This document shows positions 9,701 through 21,400 of a DNA stretch of 64,000 nucleotides, one piece after another. This DNA comes from Saccostrea echinata (taxonomy: Eukaryota). How positions within the stretch are numbered: position 1 is the first letter of the stretch; every line of letters starts with the position of its first letter. Location of the stretch: NCBI RefSeq assembly GCF_033153115.1, contig NW_026889803.1, positions 15,314,001 to 15,378,000 of the forward strand, written 5' to 3'. Below the pieces are notes generated by a model, which saw only the letters and a program-made list of their open reading frames with translations, was not told where the DNA came from and ran no database searches. Position numbers and translations under genes: made by a program.

Positions 9701-11387
9701 ATAATTGCTTTAGTTAAATAACAGGGTTGTCCCTAAGACCCGGGGGCCGGGGAATTTCCCCGTCTATAATGATGTGATCCCCCAGTTATTTTGGTATGCT
9801 TCCTAAACTCCCAGTTAGGGGATGAACCCTAGATCCCCTTCTACTTTTTAAATGTCCCCTTCTAATTCAATTCTTAGGGACAACCCTGAATAACATTATG
9901 AGAAACTACTACTCAAAGACAAACTTAGAAGGGATGTATTTGAAATCTTTATGTTAATTTTTTTTAACATTTACAAATTCAGTAATTAATACATTTTTTA
10001 CCCTTTAGGTGTCTAGAGTATATGAATGTTTCTCCTAGACGAAAAGGATGGAGATTTCAGCAACCTTCACGAAACTTTTATTACAAGTGAGTATTACTAG
10101 GTTTGCTATACATGGAAAGTCTTATAATTTACTTAATGGATACCCAATGAAGGTAATTCAAGTTTTAGGCCACTGTAGTGAAGAAAAAGCAAATATATAT
10201 AAGCAGGACTTTTAATTTGGTGCCTTTGGAAATGTCCTGTGTGATTTAATTAATGACCAGCAATTTTTAATGTAACATAGTACTAATTCAATATAATAAT
10301 ACCACATAGTAAATGGCCTTCCTTTTGCNNNNNNNNNNNNNNNNNNNNNNNNNNNNNNNNNNNNNNNNNNNNNNNNNNNNNNNNNNNNNNNNNNNNNNNN
10401 NNNNNNNNNNNNNNNNNNNNNNNNNNNNNNNNNNNNNNNNNNNNNNNNNNNNNNNNNNNNNNNNNNNNNNNNNNNNNNNNNNNNNNNNNTACCTCCAACA
10501 AAATAGAGGCGTACCTAGAACATTCCTCAGGGAGGAAAGTTGTTTATGCTTCTTCATCAGAATGGGCCATAAGACAGTTTTTATACAGGTATTGTTCATT
10601 AATTTGTTTCTGTTTTTATACAGGTATTGTTCAATAATTTGATTCTGTTTAGTGCAAAAATGAGGAGAATTAGGTTTTATCCTAATGAATAGAAACAACA
10701 ATTAACAAAATAAACTTTAATTACTCTCCAATGTTTAAAATTAAAGCTATGAAGAAAATGTGTTTAATATTCAAAGCTGAATTAATACATTATGATTAAA
10801 ACAGCTGATTCAGTAAAAACTCTGTGTGGTTTTTTTTGTGTAACATGAACATCTTTATTTTGTGTTATATAGTGCCAGAGATGTGTCAGCAGCTGTCAAT
10901 ACTGGGCGCGTGTTTGCTGATCGCTGTCAAAAAGCCGGCATTGTCAATGTGTATTATGACCCAGTCTCAGACAGTCACGGAGGGGAAAAGGTACATTCAG
11001 ACCTGAAGATTTTTTTTGAGTTACTTTCAAAGCTAAAATTTAACAGTTTTTTTTTTTTTTTTAAATTCTTTATAATATTTAATATGCTCTGCATACATCT
11101 AGATTAGTGATACTAAGGTACTATTGATTTCAAAATAATGGTAGGTACATAGCTGATTCTCTTTCAATTTCCTTAAAGATGGCTAACATTAAAAGAGGTT
11201 ACTTTTAAGTTCTCTCAGTAAATAAGTATTACTGTAGATAAAGGCAGTGCTGAATGCTTTGGAGGAAGCTGGAATAGAGATCGGAGAAGAGGCGGTCCAT
11301 GAAGGAGAATTTAAACCTGGAATCAAATACGATGGCAAAAACCGTGTGGGAGAGAAGCACCGGCCTGATGACATACAGATTGTATAA
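6789..11387 (+). CDS. MRPL18: Mitochondrial ribosomal protein L18 (uL18m), 6 exons
   Basis: Exons 6789-6882 (presequence-like MSLGRTLVSL...), 9599-9686 (..PEFVNRNDR), 10009-10086 (CLEYMNVSPRRKGWRFQQPSRNFYYK), <10490-10588 (..IEAYLEHSSGRKVVYASSSEWAIRQFLYS; start lies in the N gap), 10873-10990 (ARDVSAAVNTGRVFADRCQKAGI), 11238-11387 (stop TAA); matches the FVNRN / GW / EWAI..LYS / GRV.A.RC..AGI pattern of MRPL18. Confidence 0.93.
7332..7708 (-). mobile_element. 5'-truncated retroelement fragment, probably Penelope-like (end of RT ORF plus 3' tail)
   Basis: QLIRYARARSMYEQFLKRGKLLTNKLMKQEYQQSLLKSSFRKFYGRYNDLV (7708-7496) resembles the post-RT helical region of Penelope-like elements; followed by a GC-rich self-complementary tail (7345-7435); superfamily from recall. 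Confidence 0.65.
8502..8574 (-). pseudogene. tRNA-like sequence inside LTR (A and B boxes, 8-nt anticodon loop CTGGAGAT)
   Basis: GGCCAGA TA GCTC AGTTGGTA GAGC A CCTGA CTGGAGAT TCAGG GGGC CCAGG TTCAAAT CCTGA TCTGTCC A; one mismatch each in acceptor and T stems. Confidence 0.75.
8738..8810 (-). pseudogene. tRNA-like sequence inside LTR, fully paired cloverleaf with 8-nt anticodon loop
   Basis: GGCCAGA/TCTGGTC acceptor, GCTC/GAGC D stem, CCTGA/TCAGG anticodon stem, CCGGG/CCCGG T stem; TTTTT a few nt downstream. Confidence 0.8.
8950..9022 (-). pseudogene. Degenerate tRNA-like sequence inside LTR (loop CTAGTGA, Thr-like AGT)
   Basis: GGCCTGATAGCTCTGTTGGTAGAGCACCTGACTAGTGATGCAAGGGTCCCGGGTTCGATTCCC; boxes recognisable, stems broken. 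Confidence 0.7.
9722..9888. mobile_element. 167-bp MITE
   Basis: 17-bp TIR CAGGGTTGTCCCTAAGA / TCTTAGGGACAACCCTG; AATAA on both flanks. Confidence 0.75.
10329..10489. other. Assembly gap (N run) hiding the start of MRPL18 exon 4
   Basis: 161 Ns; MRPL18 coding sequence resumes immediately after. Confidence 0.95.
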
Positions 11388-11835
11388 TCTTTTATATGTA
11401 AATGTGTTCTTCATAGAAATTTGGATATGTCATTAAAAAAATTGCTTAAAAAAATTGAGAGTGTATCTAAGTTATCTTTCTTGTGGTGAATGTCAAGGAT
11501 ATATGGTTCTAGGATTATATCTAATAAAAGAACTGGGCTTTCTCCATTTAATAGAGCTAAATTAGTCCCCTATTGGTGAAAATGGAGAAGACCATTGGTT
11601 TCCTCTTCGTCTGTCTGTCTGTCAGTCAGTCTGTCCCACTGGCCAAATAAATCTATAAATAGAAAAAGGTTGGTTTACCAGACTTTCTTTCTAGAATTTT
11701 GCATATATTGAGCTCATTTTGGGCATATGTATCTTGATGAGTAACAGATCAAGTTTGCAATGATTTTGACAGAACTGAGCCTTAGTGGTATGAGACTCGC
11801 AATGCTTGTTCAATTATTGTTCATTGAATTAAGTA

Positions 11836-11986
11836 CAATTGAACTTCGATATCTCAAACACTGATATACCATGGATAAGTGATCTGGAAGTCCCAAAACT
11901 TATTATGTAAGTAATTTACCCTTGAATTCTTGAATATCTAGAAGTTTTCTCTGTCCCATTGAGTTTGAGATAACGAGGTTTGACTG
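11836..11986. mobile_element. Tc1/mariner-type MITE (TA TSD)
   Basis: TA|CAATTGAACTTCGATATCTC ... GAGATAACGAGGTTTGACTG|TA; related copies at 12547-12721 and 32814-32964. Confidence 0.7.
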
Positions 11987-12546
11987 TAAAGATAGTTAGT
12001 CTCAACTTTTACAAAGATACTACCCTTATCAATTTGTATTAATTAACAGCATATAATGTAAGAGATTAAAGGCACTTCAAAATATATTTACAGTTCAAAG
12101 ATCTGAATTTCTATGTCTCATTGCCCTTTGAACTTTTAAATATTTTACCTTGAGTAAGATGATGACACAACCATGAGCTCATCAGTAACATAGGCAAGCT
12201 GGTTTTCTTTGAATTCTTTCCAATCTAGAGTTCACAGTTATAGCACAGAGGCCATTTCATTATGTCATCCAGTGACCTTGAACTTTGACTAAGGTCAGTA
12301 TTATGACACACCCTTAGGTTGTGAAGTTTGATTACAGTTCAAGAGTCATGGCCTGGACACATTTTGTGATGGACAGATTTAGTGACAACAATCCAAACAC
12401 TAACATAACGCCTTCATCTAGAAGTATAATAAGAAGAATTTCGGGTAAGACAATATACCCCCCCCCCCCTCCCTTCCCACAAAGGGAACATGAGATTGTA
12501 ACTTAGTATTTACACAACAACGAATCATATTTGATACAGACAATTA

Positions 12547-12721
12547 CTGTCAAACTTAGTTATCTCAAATTCGATGGGACCAAGAAAAAACTTCGATATA
12601 TCTGAAGGTTCGAGATAATGATGTTAAAATACATAAAGTAAAAGTGGTTCGATCTTTCAAATCACTTCGACATATCCATGGTATTTGAGATATCGATGTT
12701 CGAGATAATGAAGTTCAACTG
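12547..12721. mobile_element. Tc1/mariner-type MITE (TA TSD), same family as 11836
   Basis: TA|CTGTCAAACTTAGTTATCTC ... GAGATAATGAAGTTCAACTG|TA. Confidence 0.7.
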
Positions 12722-13089
12722 TATTTGCTAATCCAAATATATAGTTACTTTTGGCATGGAAGTCTCTCTGTCTTAGTATCGTCTCCAGACCACATAATTA
12801 ACATTAAAGTGTGTTTTATACCTTAGCTTAATGCCATACCTCGAAGGACAAGGATATTGAGTGATGGTATGTTAAATTTCGATGTATGCATTGTAAAGTT
12901 AACAGTGTGAGGGCATGTCCTTAGCTGCAGATCTGTGGGTCTTTTCAGACCGGCGAGCTACAGATCTGTAACTACCATTTTCAAGATACAGGTTAGTGAG
13001 TGGTTTCTTGAAGTTTATACATGTATTTGTTAACTTAATCAAAGAGGTCGGACTCTTTTGCAGTATACTCTTTACATTTAAGGAGTATA

Positions 13090-14347
13090 CAGTTGAGCCT
13101 CGATTATCCGCTTCACATACCAGGAAAAATTGTGGGGAACAGAATTTTACATTTATATCATATAAGTTTTATCATCCGGACGCTTCATTAACCCGGACGA
13201 TTTGCTAGTACATGCCAAGAAATCTCGACCAATTTCGACAGCGATGAACTCAATAAAAGTGTAATTGATGCTAATCACCCATATTTCTCTAAGACGTGAG
13301 AGAGAATTAATGCCAGCAACTTTGAGGGGTGGATCCTAAGCTTTTAAGTTTTCTTAGTTAAAGCCTAAAACTTGAACACAAAGAGTCGTAGAAACATGGG
13401 AGCACCTGTAATGGAACTTTTGACATCTGACCTTAAAATTAGGTCAATGTCAAAGGTCATTATATAAAAAAAGAGAAATTGCTGGTGGCAATGATGTAAT
13501 GTGACCAATTCTTACCCTGCATATTTCACTTTCCCTTCGAGGAAAAGGTTAACTTGAACCTCTTTACATCTTTCCTGTTACGCATTTAAAAGCAAAATTT
13601 TACATTAATATAATTTTTTTCATATCCTTCTTATTTCCATATATGCCCTATATCCAACCCATTCAACCCCATATACATCCCCAGGAAGTTTAAAGATTAA
13701 ACTGGCATTACTTGTAACCAACCCCTGCTTTTGCTCTCTATCATCAGAGGGCAGGAATCAAAAATATATAATCAGGTAGTCATCTTCCTCAAACGTAAAA
13801 AAACCCTCTTTCTTGGGGGGGGGGAGGACAAAATAATTTCTTAAGTCTATTTCCTTCAGATACATGATTCTTCTCACCATTTTAAGAGGGGGTCGTGTTT
13901 TCCAGGGGTCAAAGGTCATTTATTCGGTACTTTTACATAGAACCTTTGAAATTCCCAGAACACCCCCCCCCCCCCGATCAACGCATGGAAGAAAATCTAA
14001 GGATTGCAGGTTTCGACATTTTTTTTTAATTTTTGTTCTTTTCATTTTATTTCTTAAGATATTTTATTTACATTGTATATATTCATGTTATTTTTACACG
14101 CATTTTGAAATGGACCCCCCTTTAAAAAAAAAGAAGAAGAAGATGGATACATCTCTGAATATAGTTAGTATCATATCTTAAATTTCAAACGTAAAATTTA
14201 GGATCCTTCGCTCGACTGCTGACATCAATTGCCTCGCACTGGAAAATCACTGATTAACTGTAATTGCGTTTCAAATAAGTTCACCAAATCTAGTGTGCTT
14301 ATATTTTCTCGGCATGACACAGGTTTCCGGATTAACAGGCTCTACTG
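13090..14347. mobile_element. Degenerate Tc1/mariner-type non-autonomous element, probably with nested insertions
   Basis: TA|CAGTTGAGCCTCGATTATCCG ... CGGATTAACAGGCTCTACTG|TA imperfect TIRs. Confidence 0.5.
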
Positions 14348-15475
14348 TATCATATATCGTGTCTGGGGTAACAGACACATAAAATACAAACATGTGTTCT
14401 AACGTTATGCCTGACTAATCGGAAAGAACATTTTTATCCTTCGTTAGCAGTTACTGATGAATGATTTGATAGAAGTCCATTAAACCATCTATCAAACGAC
14501 AAAGGTTCTCATACAGAAATGATAAAGTCATTCATAAACTGACAATGCCATTCACAGCGAGACACCCCCCCCCCCCCCCCCCCCCCCGGAAAAAAAGCTT
14601 GCTAATTAAACCAGCGCCATATATTTTCATAGAAAATAAAAAAGCGTAAAATTATTTTAATTGCAGTATGAACAAATAGTGAATTTATGTCGAATTAAAT
14701 GAAAGCAATATATGTATTAAGATAATTTTTTCTGTAAATAGATACTACAAAGTGACAATATGGCTGGAGACTTACGTAAATTCGTAATTTCATCCATGTA
14801 GACTTTCGCTCGATGAGTTGCAACATTTGAGATTTTAGTAGCTGTTGAACATCAGGACAATGAAACAAGAAGACAGTGCTATATTGTTCACATAGGCACA
14901 GTTTGAACGAAGAGAATGATAACCCCCTTCCCCTTTCATCGTCTTTCCAAAGCAGAAATTGCTGCTAAGGGCTGGATGACCTTAAAGCTGTTTGTATTGT
15001 TATATAAAACCTATGAGTTATTAAGATAAAAGAAACAAGGCATTGAAAATGTAATACCTTTAATGTGGGTACATACACATAAACTAATTCCAAGACAACA
15101 AAAACAAAGAAATCAAGGTACCGTAACAACCATTTGGCCAAATTCTTTGTGGAATAAATATTTCGAAAACATCAAAAAGAAATTGGTTGTGGCAATCCCA
15201 CTTTGAACCTTGTTCTCGTACCGTTTTCAAACCAAGGAGCCCGTTAAGAAAAAAAATATTCCGTCCTCTCTGTCATAAGGATCATTAATTTGACAAAATG
15301 ATGAACATCCTAAACAAGCGAGGCACACATTATATTGCCTGATTCTCTTCTCCTTGGCCGTGGCGTTTCCACCCTTAAGGATAGATTCACCATTTGGCGA
15401 AAGAAAGGCGGTGCTTGTCAAGGAACACCCTTTATTTTGCTTCTCCTTGAACACTGGAAATCAAAATTATGTCCC

Positions 15476-18400
15476 TCATGAGGGTAGATAAGGTTTCTCT
15501 TCTGTAGGTGTAGGATCAGTCAATATTGAAAGCATGTTGCTATGGCTACCTAAAATTTCTCTAATAGGTATATTGGTGGTGTTTCTTTCTCTTTGAATTG
15601 GAAAACGTAGTTTCTCGTTACCAAGCATCGTTTGGACCGGTTCATGCACAGTCTCTGATCCTGATGTTTGGATTAGTTCATGTCCAATCTCTGGTTCATG
15701 AATAAGGACTGGTTCTTGTGTCATTTTTGTTTTTGAATGATGGATCGGTTCATGTGTTGTTTCGGGTTTTGAAGTTTGATTCTGTTCATGTACCATATCC
15801 GGTTTTGACGTCCGGGTCGGGCCCTTTGTAATTTCTGGTATTGATTTAGTTGCTAGAGGTGGCTCTGGAGTTGACTGTGTGATACGGTCCATTAGAACAC
15901 TTTTTATCATCCTTTGCTCTTTTTCTGTCATCGTGTCGCTCTTTCGGTTTGATAACCCTGAACCGACTGACTCCGGAAATACGGCCGTTTCTTCTAAACC
16001 CAGAGTTTTCAAAGGAAGTTGGGGCATGCGCTCACTGAAGCCTACACTGCCATCCACTTGAGGCGCTAATGAAGTGTATGAAGAAACCATGTTCTGTGTG
16101 TTCATTGCAAAGTTACTGTCTAACACGTCAAGGTGGTTTTCAGAAATCAAATCGATCAAATTTCTCTTTTTCACCTCCCCATTTGATGTTTTTGGTTTCA
16201 TTCGAGTGTTCGATCCTTCTGGTTTCATATGAGTGTTCAGTGTTTCCGATTTCATATGAGTGTCTAATGTTTCCGATTTCATATGAGTATTCTTAGCAGA
16301 ACTGTAATGACTTCTGTGAGATTTCGACTGATATTGAGTTGACTTATTCTTTTTACTTGGTGTATAAAAATGCTGTTTGTTGATTTTTCGCTGATATACA
16401 GGTTGACGCACAGAAAAATGGAATCCACCGTTCACCATTTGATTACTTCTGCGTGCGCTGTACGAACTGCGATGGTCGGAAGCAAGGTTGAATGACTTAC
16501 CAGAACTTTTCTGTCTGTTGACCAATTTGAAATTTGAAACACTGTTTCTAGCTGGCGAATTGAGAACCGTATTATTTGGTCTCTTTTGCACTTTTTGCTT
16601 TGGAAGATTTCGTTTCGGGTGTGAATGACGTATTATCTGTTCTGGGTTTTTGACAGTCTCAATCTTCTTTACTTTATATACTGGATTCGAATACTCTTTT
16701 ATTTCTGGTTCGTTAAAAAGTTGTGTATTTACTGTATTTCCTTTGTCAGTAGATTTCTTTTGAGCGGTGAGAATTTGTGCCTGTCGAAGGAAAATTCTTC
16801 CAAATATCTTGTAAATATCCTTTGGTTCTAACTTTTCTTTAAAATTTGGAATGTGTTTTTTTGAGAAGACGTCCTTTAATTCTTCAGGAAACAGTTTGTC
16901 AGAGATTTTGTTGCTGTATCCTAGCGAGACGTCTTTGGTTCTCTCAGGACTTTTTTGGGTATTTTTATGTAGCTCCGCTTTATGGCCACCCAAATCGATT
17001 TCCACTCTTTTTGCTGGCAATTGACTTTCATGTGAGTGCATGTTCAATGTAGTTCCATGTAAATGACTTTCGTGGGGGTGATTAGATAGGCTGGATCCAA
17101 TAGAGCCATGGAATCCACTATCTTGCAGCAAAGCCTTGGAAACGTCATGATCACCAAGGTTGGAGACATGATGGCTGACAGCAATATCACTTACAGAAAA
17201 TTCTGATTGATGGGACTTTTGTTTGACCATAGAAGGATGGCTACAGTAAACTCTTCGGCCATACAAAGGTTGACAAGGTCTGAAATTGTATTTTATGTAA
17301 TTTGTCCTGGGTGAGTGATGGTCAGTCGTTTCTAGTGAATTAACAATTCTGTTGTCGGTGTTGTTTATGTTTTGTGTTTCTCCGGCAGATTTTACGGACA
17401 GAGGTTTGTGTGGACTATGCTTGTCCTCCACGTGTTCTTTTAGATGGCGGAGTCGGTTGATCTATAGAGAACAAAGGAAAATATTGCTTCAGTTTCAAAT
17501 TTAGTTTGATTAACTATCTATACTTATAAATTAAGAAATTTTGCACATAAACTCCGAAACGGCTGCACCAGAGTTCTTACTTACTCTCTAAGAATAAACT
17601 ATAGATACAAGATGATGTCCGTAAACTATATTTAGATTTCACTCGCATAGTAAGTATCGTACATGAAATTAAAATTCTACTTTCATTTTCTATAAACAAC
17701 CATGAAATAGCAAAAACGTGAGTACGGTGGCGGTTTCGGTTGGCGGATTTAAGTAACTGGCAATTTTTAATGAAACTGACAACAAGCAATCGTTTATTTA
17801 TTCCACAAAACGTCATCATTGAATTATTCAATAAAATCTTGATTTAAATAATATGAAAGAAATAAATTGTGATAACCGATGAAAAAGGGAAATGTGCAAA
17901 TTATTTTCGCATTCACCGATCTTAATATTGACGGAAACTTCTAGAACATTATAGCATCGAGCCCATTGTTAAAAAAGAAAAACGAGGCGATTATAACTAT
18001 GAGCATAAATTTTTTTTTTGGCTGAATGGTCAATGAAATAATGGTAAATCATTGATAACGTTATAAATTGTGAATGTATAAATGTATCCAAAGACTATTA
18101 GTAGGTTTTTCTAATAAATTTATCGGTAAAATTTGTATATTTCTCACTGAGAGCATCGTGGCAACGAACCCGAAGTACAATTTGTACTTCGTAATAAAAC
18201 TGCTTACATGAAAAAAAGCAAATAAATGAATATTAGATTCAAATACAATTAAAGCTGTTAAAATTTTGTACTTTAATCGATACTTTTCAGCTTTTATTTC
18301 TGTATACAGTCTTTTGTATCAAATACTCGGCGTATTTATAGGGCGTTAAAAGCTTATGTAAAAAAAATTAAAAATCAATTTATTAGTTAAATATGCATAT

Positions 18401-21400
18401 TCGTTGCTTCTGTCCTTGACGAAATAATAGCACCAGAAGTACAATATCCATTAAATAGTATAACAGGTTACACAATAAACGTCAATCAATGAAATTGTTA
18501 TTTTCAAGTTTTTACAAAAAAAGGGATGGGGGTGGGTGGGTGGGTTGGAGATGTACATCTACTTCTGCTCCAAAACTAAATGCGAGATTTTAAACGAAGT
18601 ATTTCTTCCTGCTATAAGCCTGTAGGCTGTCGGTAGAAACTACAATATATATTATTGGAATTTTTCTGTCGGTAGAGGTATAAATTCGATTCCCCGCGCT
18701 TGCGCGGGATTTCAGCTAGTTTAATTATATTTCAAGAAAACGTCTTCATAAGGTTTTAGTACCTGATCTTGCGTGATTGTTATCCCTTCGTGCATAACGT
18801 ACCACGAAACAGACTCGTAACAGGGAGGTGTGGTCAGACTTCCGGCATAATGATAGTATCTGGATGTATCGTTTGGAAGCATATCGATAGGTCTTAACCC
18901 GGTTACAATTGTTTTGTGGTCTAGAAAAAAAATAAGATGAAAATATGAAATATTTGCAAACTCTTCAAAAATTATGTGTCTCAACTATATGAAATGAATT
19001 TGTCTGCGGTTTGAAGCTGAAGAATATACCGTATTCTGTTACTTGATCAAGAGCCGTGGCTACCAATTCAAATGCGTGGTTCTTTTCCTCGGATATCTGA
19101 AACAATTTAATCATCACTTATTTTTTTAAGAGAGACTCTTCAGTGATTGAATTATTAAACATAAACAGAATATATTCACTAGTTGCATATAATTTTAATG
19201 GTAAGATGCCCTTAGCCTACATCTGCAAATATTCCTATTACAACTAGTCCGTCTGGTTGCTTCTTTGCCTCAGCAAGCGTAGCATATTTTGTATTGTAGT
19301 GGACGATGTGAACCTATAGGAAAAAGCATAAATTTCTTATAAATTCTTAAACAGTAAATATGATTTTGTCACTCCCTATAGTTGTATAAATACGAACCTC
19401 CAGGGGATGATGATGGTTGTCGAGTACGTGCTCTGAACCAATGTTGTTTTCTGAACCCCAATGAAAATGAATCTCCACTGCTCGATACAGTTCACCCAAA
19501 TTCGAGCCACGAAGGTAAATTTCGTCATCAATTGCCATACTAGCTGTTTTATGAATGTAACAAATCAAATAGCATTAAGGAAGCAGTTTATATGGGTATC
19601 TCAGTGCAATTTGCTCACAATACATTTTCGAGAAAAGTTACGTGTATTTTTTTCTTCATATTTCGGAAAACAATAATTCGCAGAAAAATGGCCACCTGTG
19701 TGTCCGTTGTTCCTGAGATGCAGAAAAGCTGGCTGCATTCCGTCTCCGCTTAATTTGTCATAGTTGATGAACTGGAATTCTGGGAGCCACGTGACATGTT
19801 GAATGTCTGCTGTTCTGATGTGAATAGGAGACTGTCGTCTGCCAGCACACTGCGGGAAATACTCAGGCCAATGGTCAGGACCTGTGGTTAAGAGCTATGT
19901 TTAATACTCAGTCTACTATCTCCAATAAATGTATAGATTACAGCTTCATTGATGTAGAAGATGGATATAAAATTATAGAGAAGGTAAATAGGAAACCATA
20001 CTATTATGTTGTAAATTTTGAATTTACTAGGGGGAGGTCAATGCAAAATTTACAACATGATATAAAGAAGATGGGTGAACAAGGCGGGCGAAGTGCCTAT
20101 AGTGCGACAAGCATGAAGTGAAAAATAAAATCTCAATTATATCCAAATTTTCTTTGATATTTCATCTAACATTAAAGTATACTTTATGTAAAATCTTTAT
20201 AATTTACAAAAATCTCGCAAAGACTGAAATTATTTGCCTACGAAATAGCATACACACACTAAAGAGGACAAAAAGGGTCATTTTCTCACACTTAAACAAA
20301 ATTTTTCAATATGAGTGGGTCTTCGCTCCATTTTTTTGAAAGTTAATCCTAAAAGTTTGCATAAAAATATGCAAAGACCCACTATACCTTAAAAGTACAC
20401 TTTTATGACAAAGCATTCGCATCTTTCCGAAAAATACTTGAAGTCCATTAAGTCAAGGGTCATGTCACAAACATGATTTAAATGCCACAATTCATCAGGA
20501 GCTGTGTAGCGTAGTGGTTAGCATGTTAGTCTCAAAGCAATATGATACTCCGGATTTTTATTGTTAGGGGTTCGAATCCCGCGAATATCATTTTATATTT
20601 TTAATAAAAGAATAATTTTTTCCAAGATTTTTTTTTCTCAGAAAAGTTTTGTGGATCATAATTTCATAAATTTCAATAATGAGAACTTCACTTTGAATAC
20701 TTAATTCACAAATTGAATATAATTTTTTGAATAGCTGAAGCTATAGGCATTCTGCACGCCTTGTTCACCCATCTTCTTTTGCATTTACCTCCCCCTAGTA
20801 AATTCAAAATTTACAACAATGATAATACGATCATTATCCCAGAAATTTGTATTGTTAAGAAGACAACACACGAAGTTGGGGGTAAAAGACATGGAATAGG
20901 AAACCAATGGACTACCATAAAATTAATTGAAGATGTTACCCGTAGATCCCCCGTAGCTCCATTTGAAGTTTTCTACATCTCTACTGGGCGTGTTCTGTTT
21001 GGTTTCCAGGAGTCTTTGATCAAGAGTGACAGGTACTTGGTTTCCAGTTCCTAAAAATAAATCCTTCAGTTAGTAGCAAGTTGGATATATATATATACGT
21101 ATAATGTACAATGTATCAATTAATGGAGTGGTAATTTTGTGAATGAACTGTGTAAAGAAATTTTGATGTTTTGAGTCAGAGTGGTGAGATTACTACGTTG
21201 GTTTACATCTTGCTATTTACCTCGAATATATGTTTAATGGTCTATAGACAGAAAGTCATAACATTTCATACTGTTTGTACGGTGATGCAAGGGTTATACA
21301 TGTAACTTTAATGTGTTTTACCAATTGAAATGTTGGACTAAGGATAAATAACACGCACAATTTTTTTTTCTTCAGAAAGCAGCAATATATCTCACAGACT

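Noticed and set aside
10283-10701. ORFs spanning the N run (also 22810-23146)
   Set aside because: Open only because of Ns; the real coding frame here is MRPL18 exon 4
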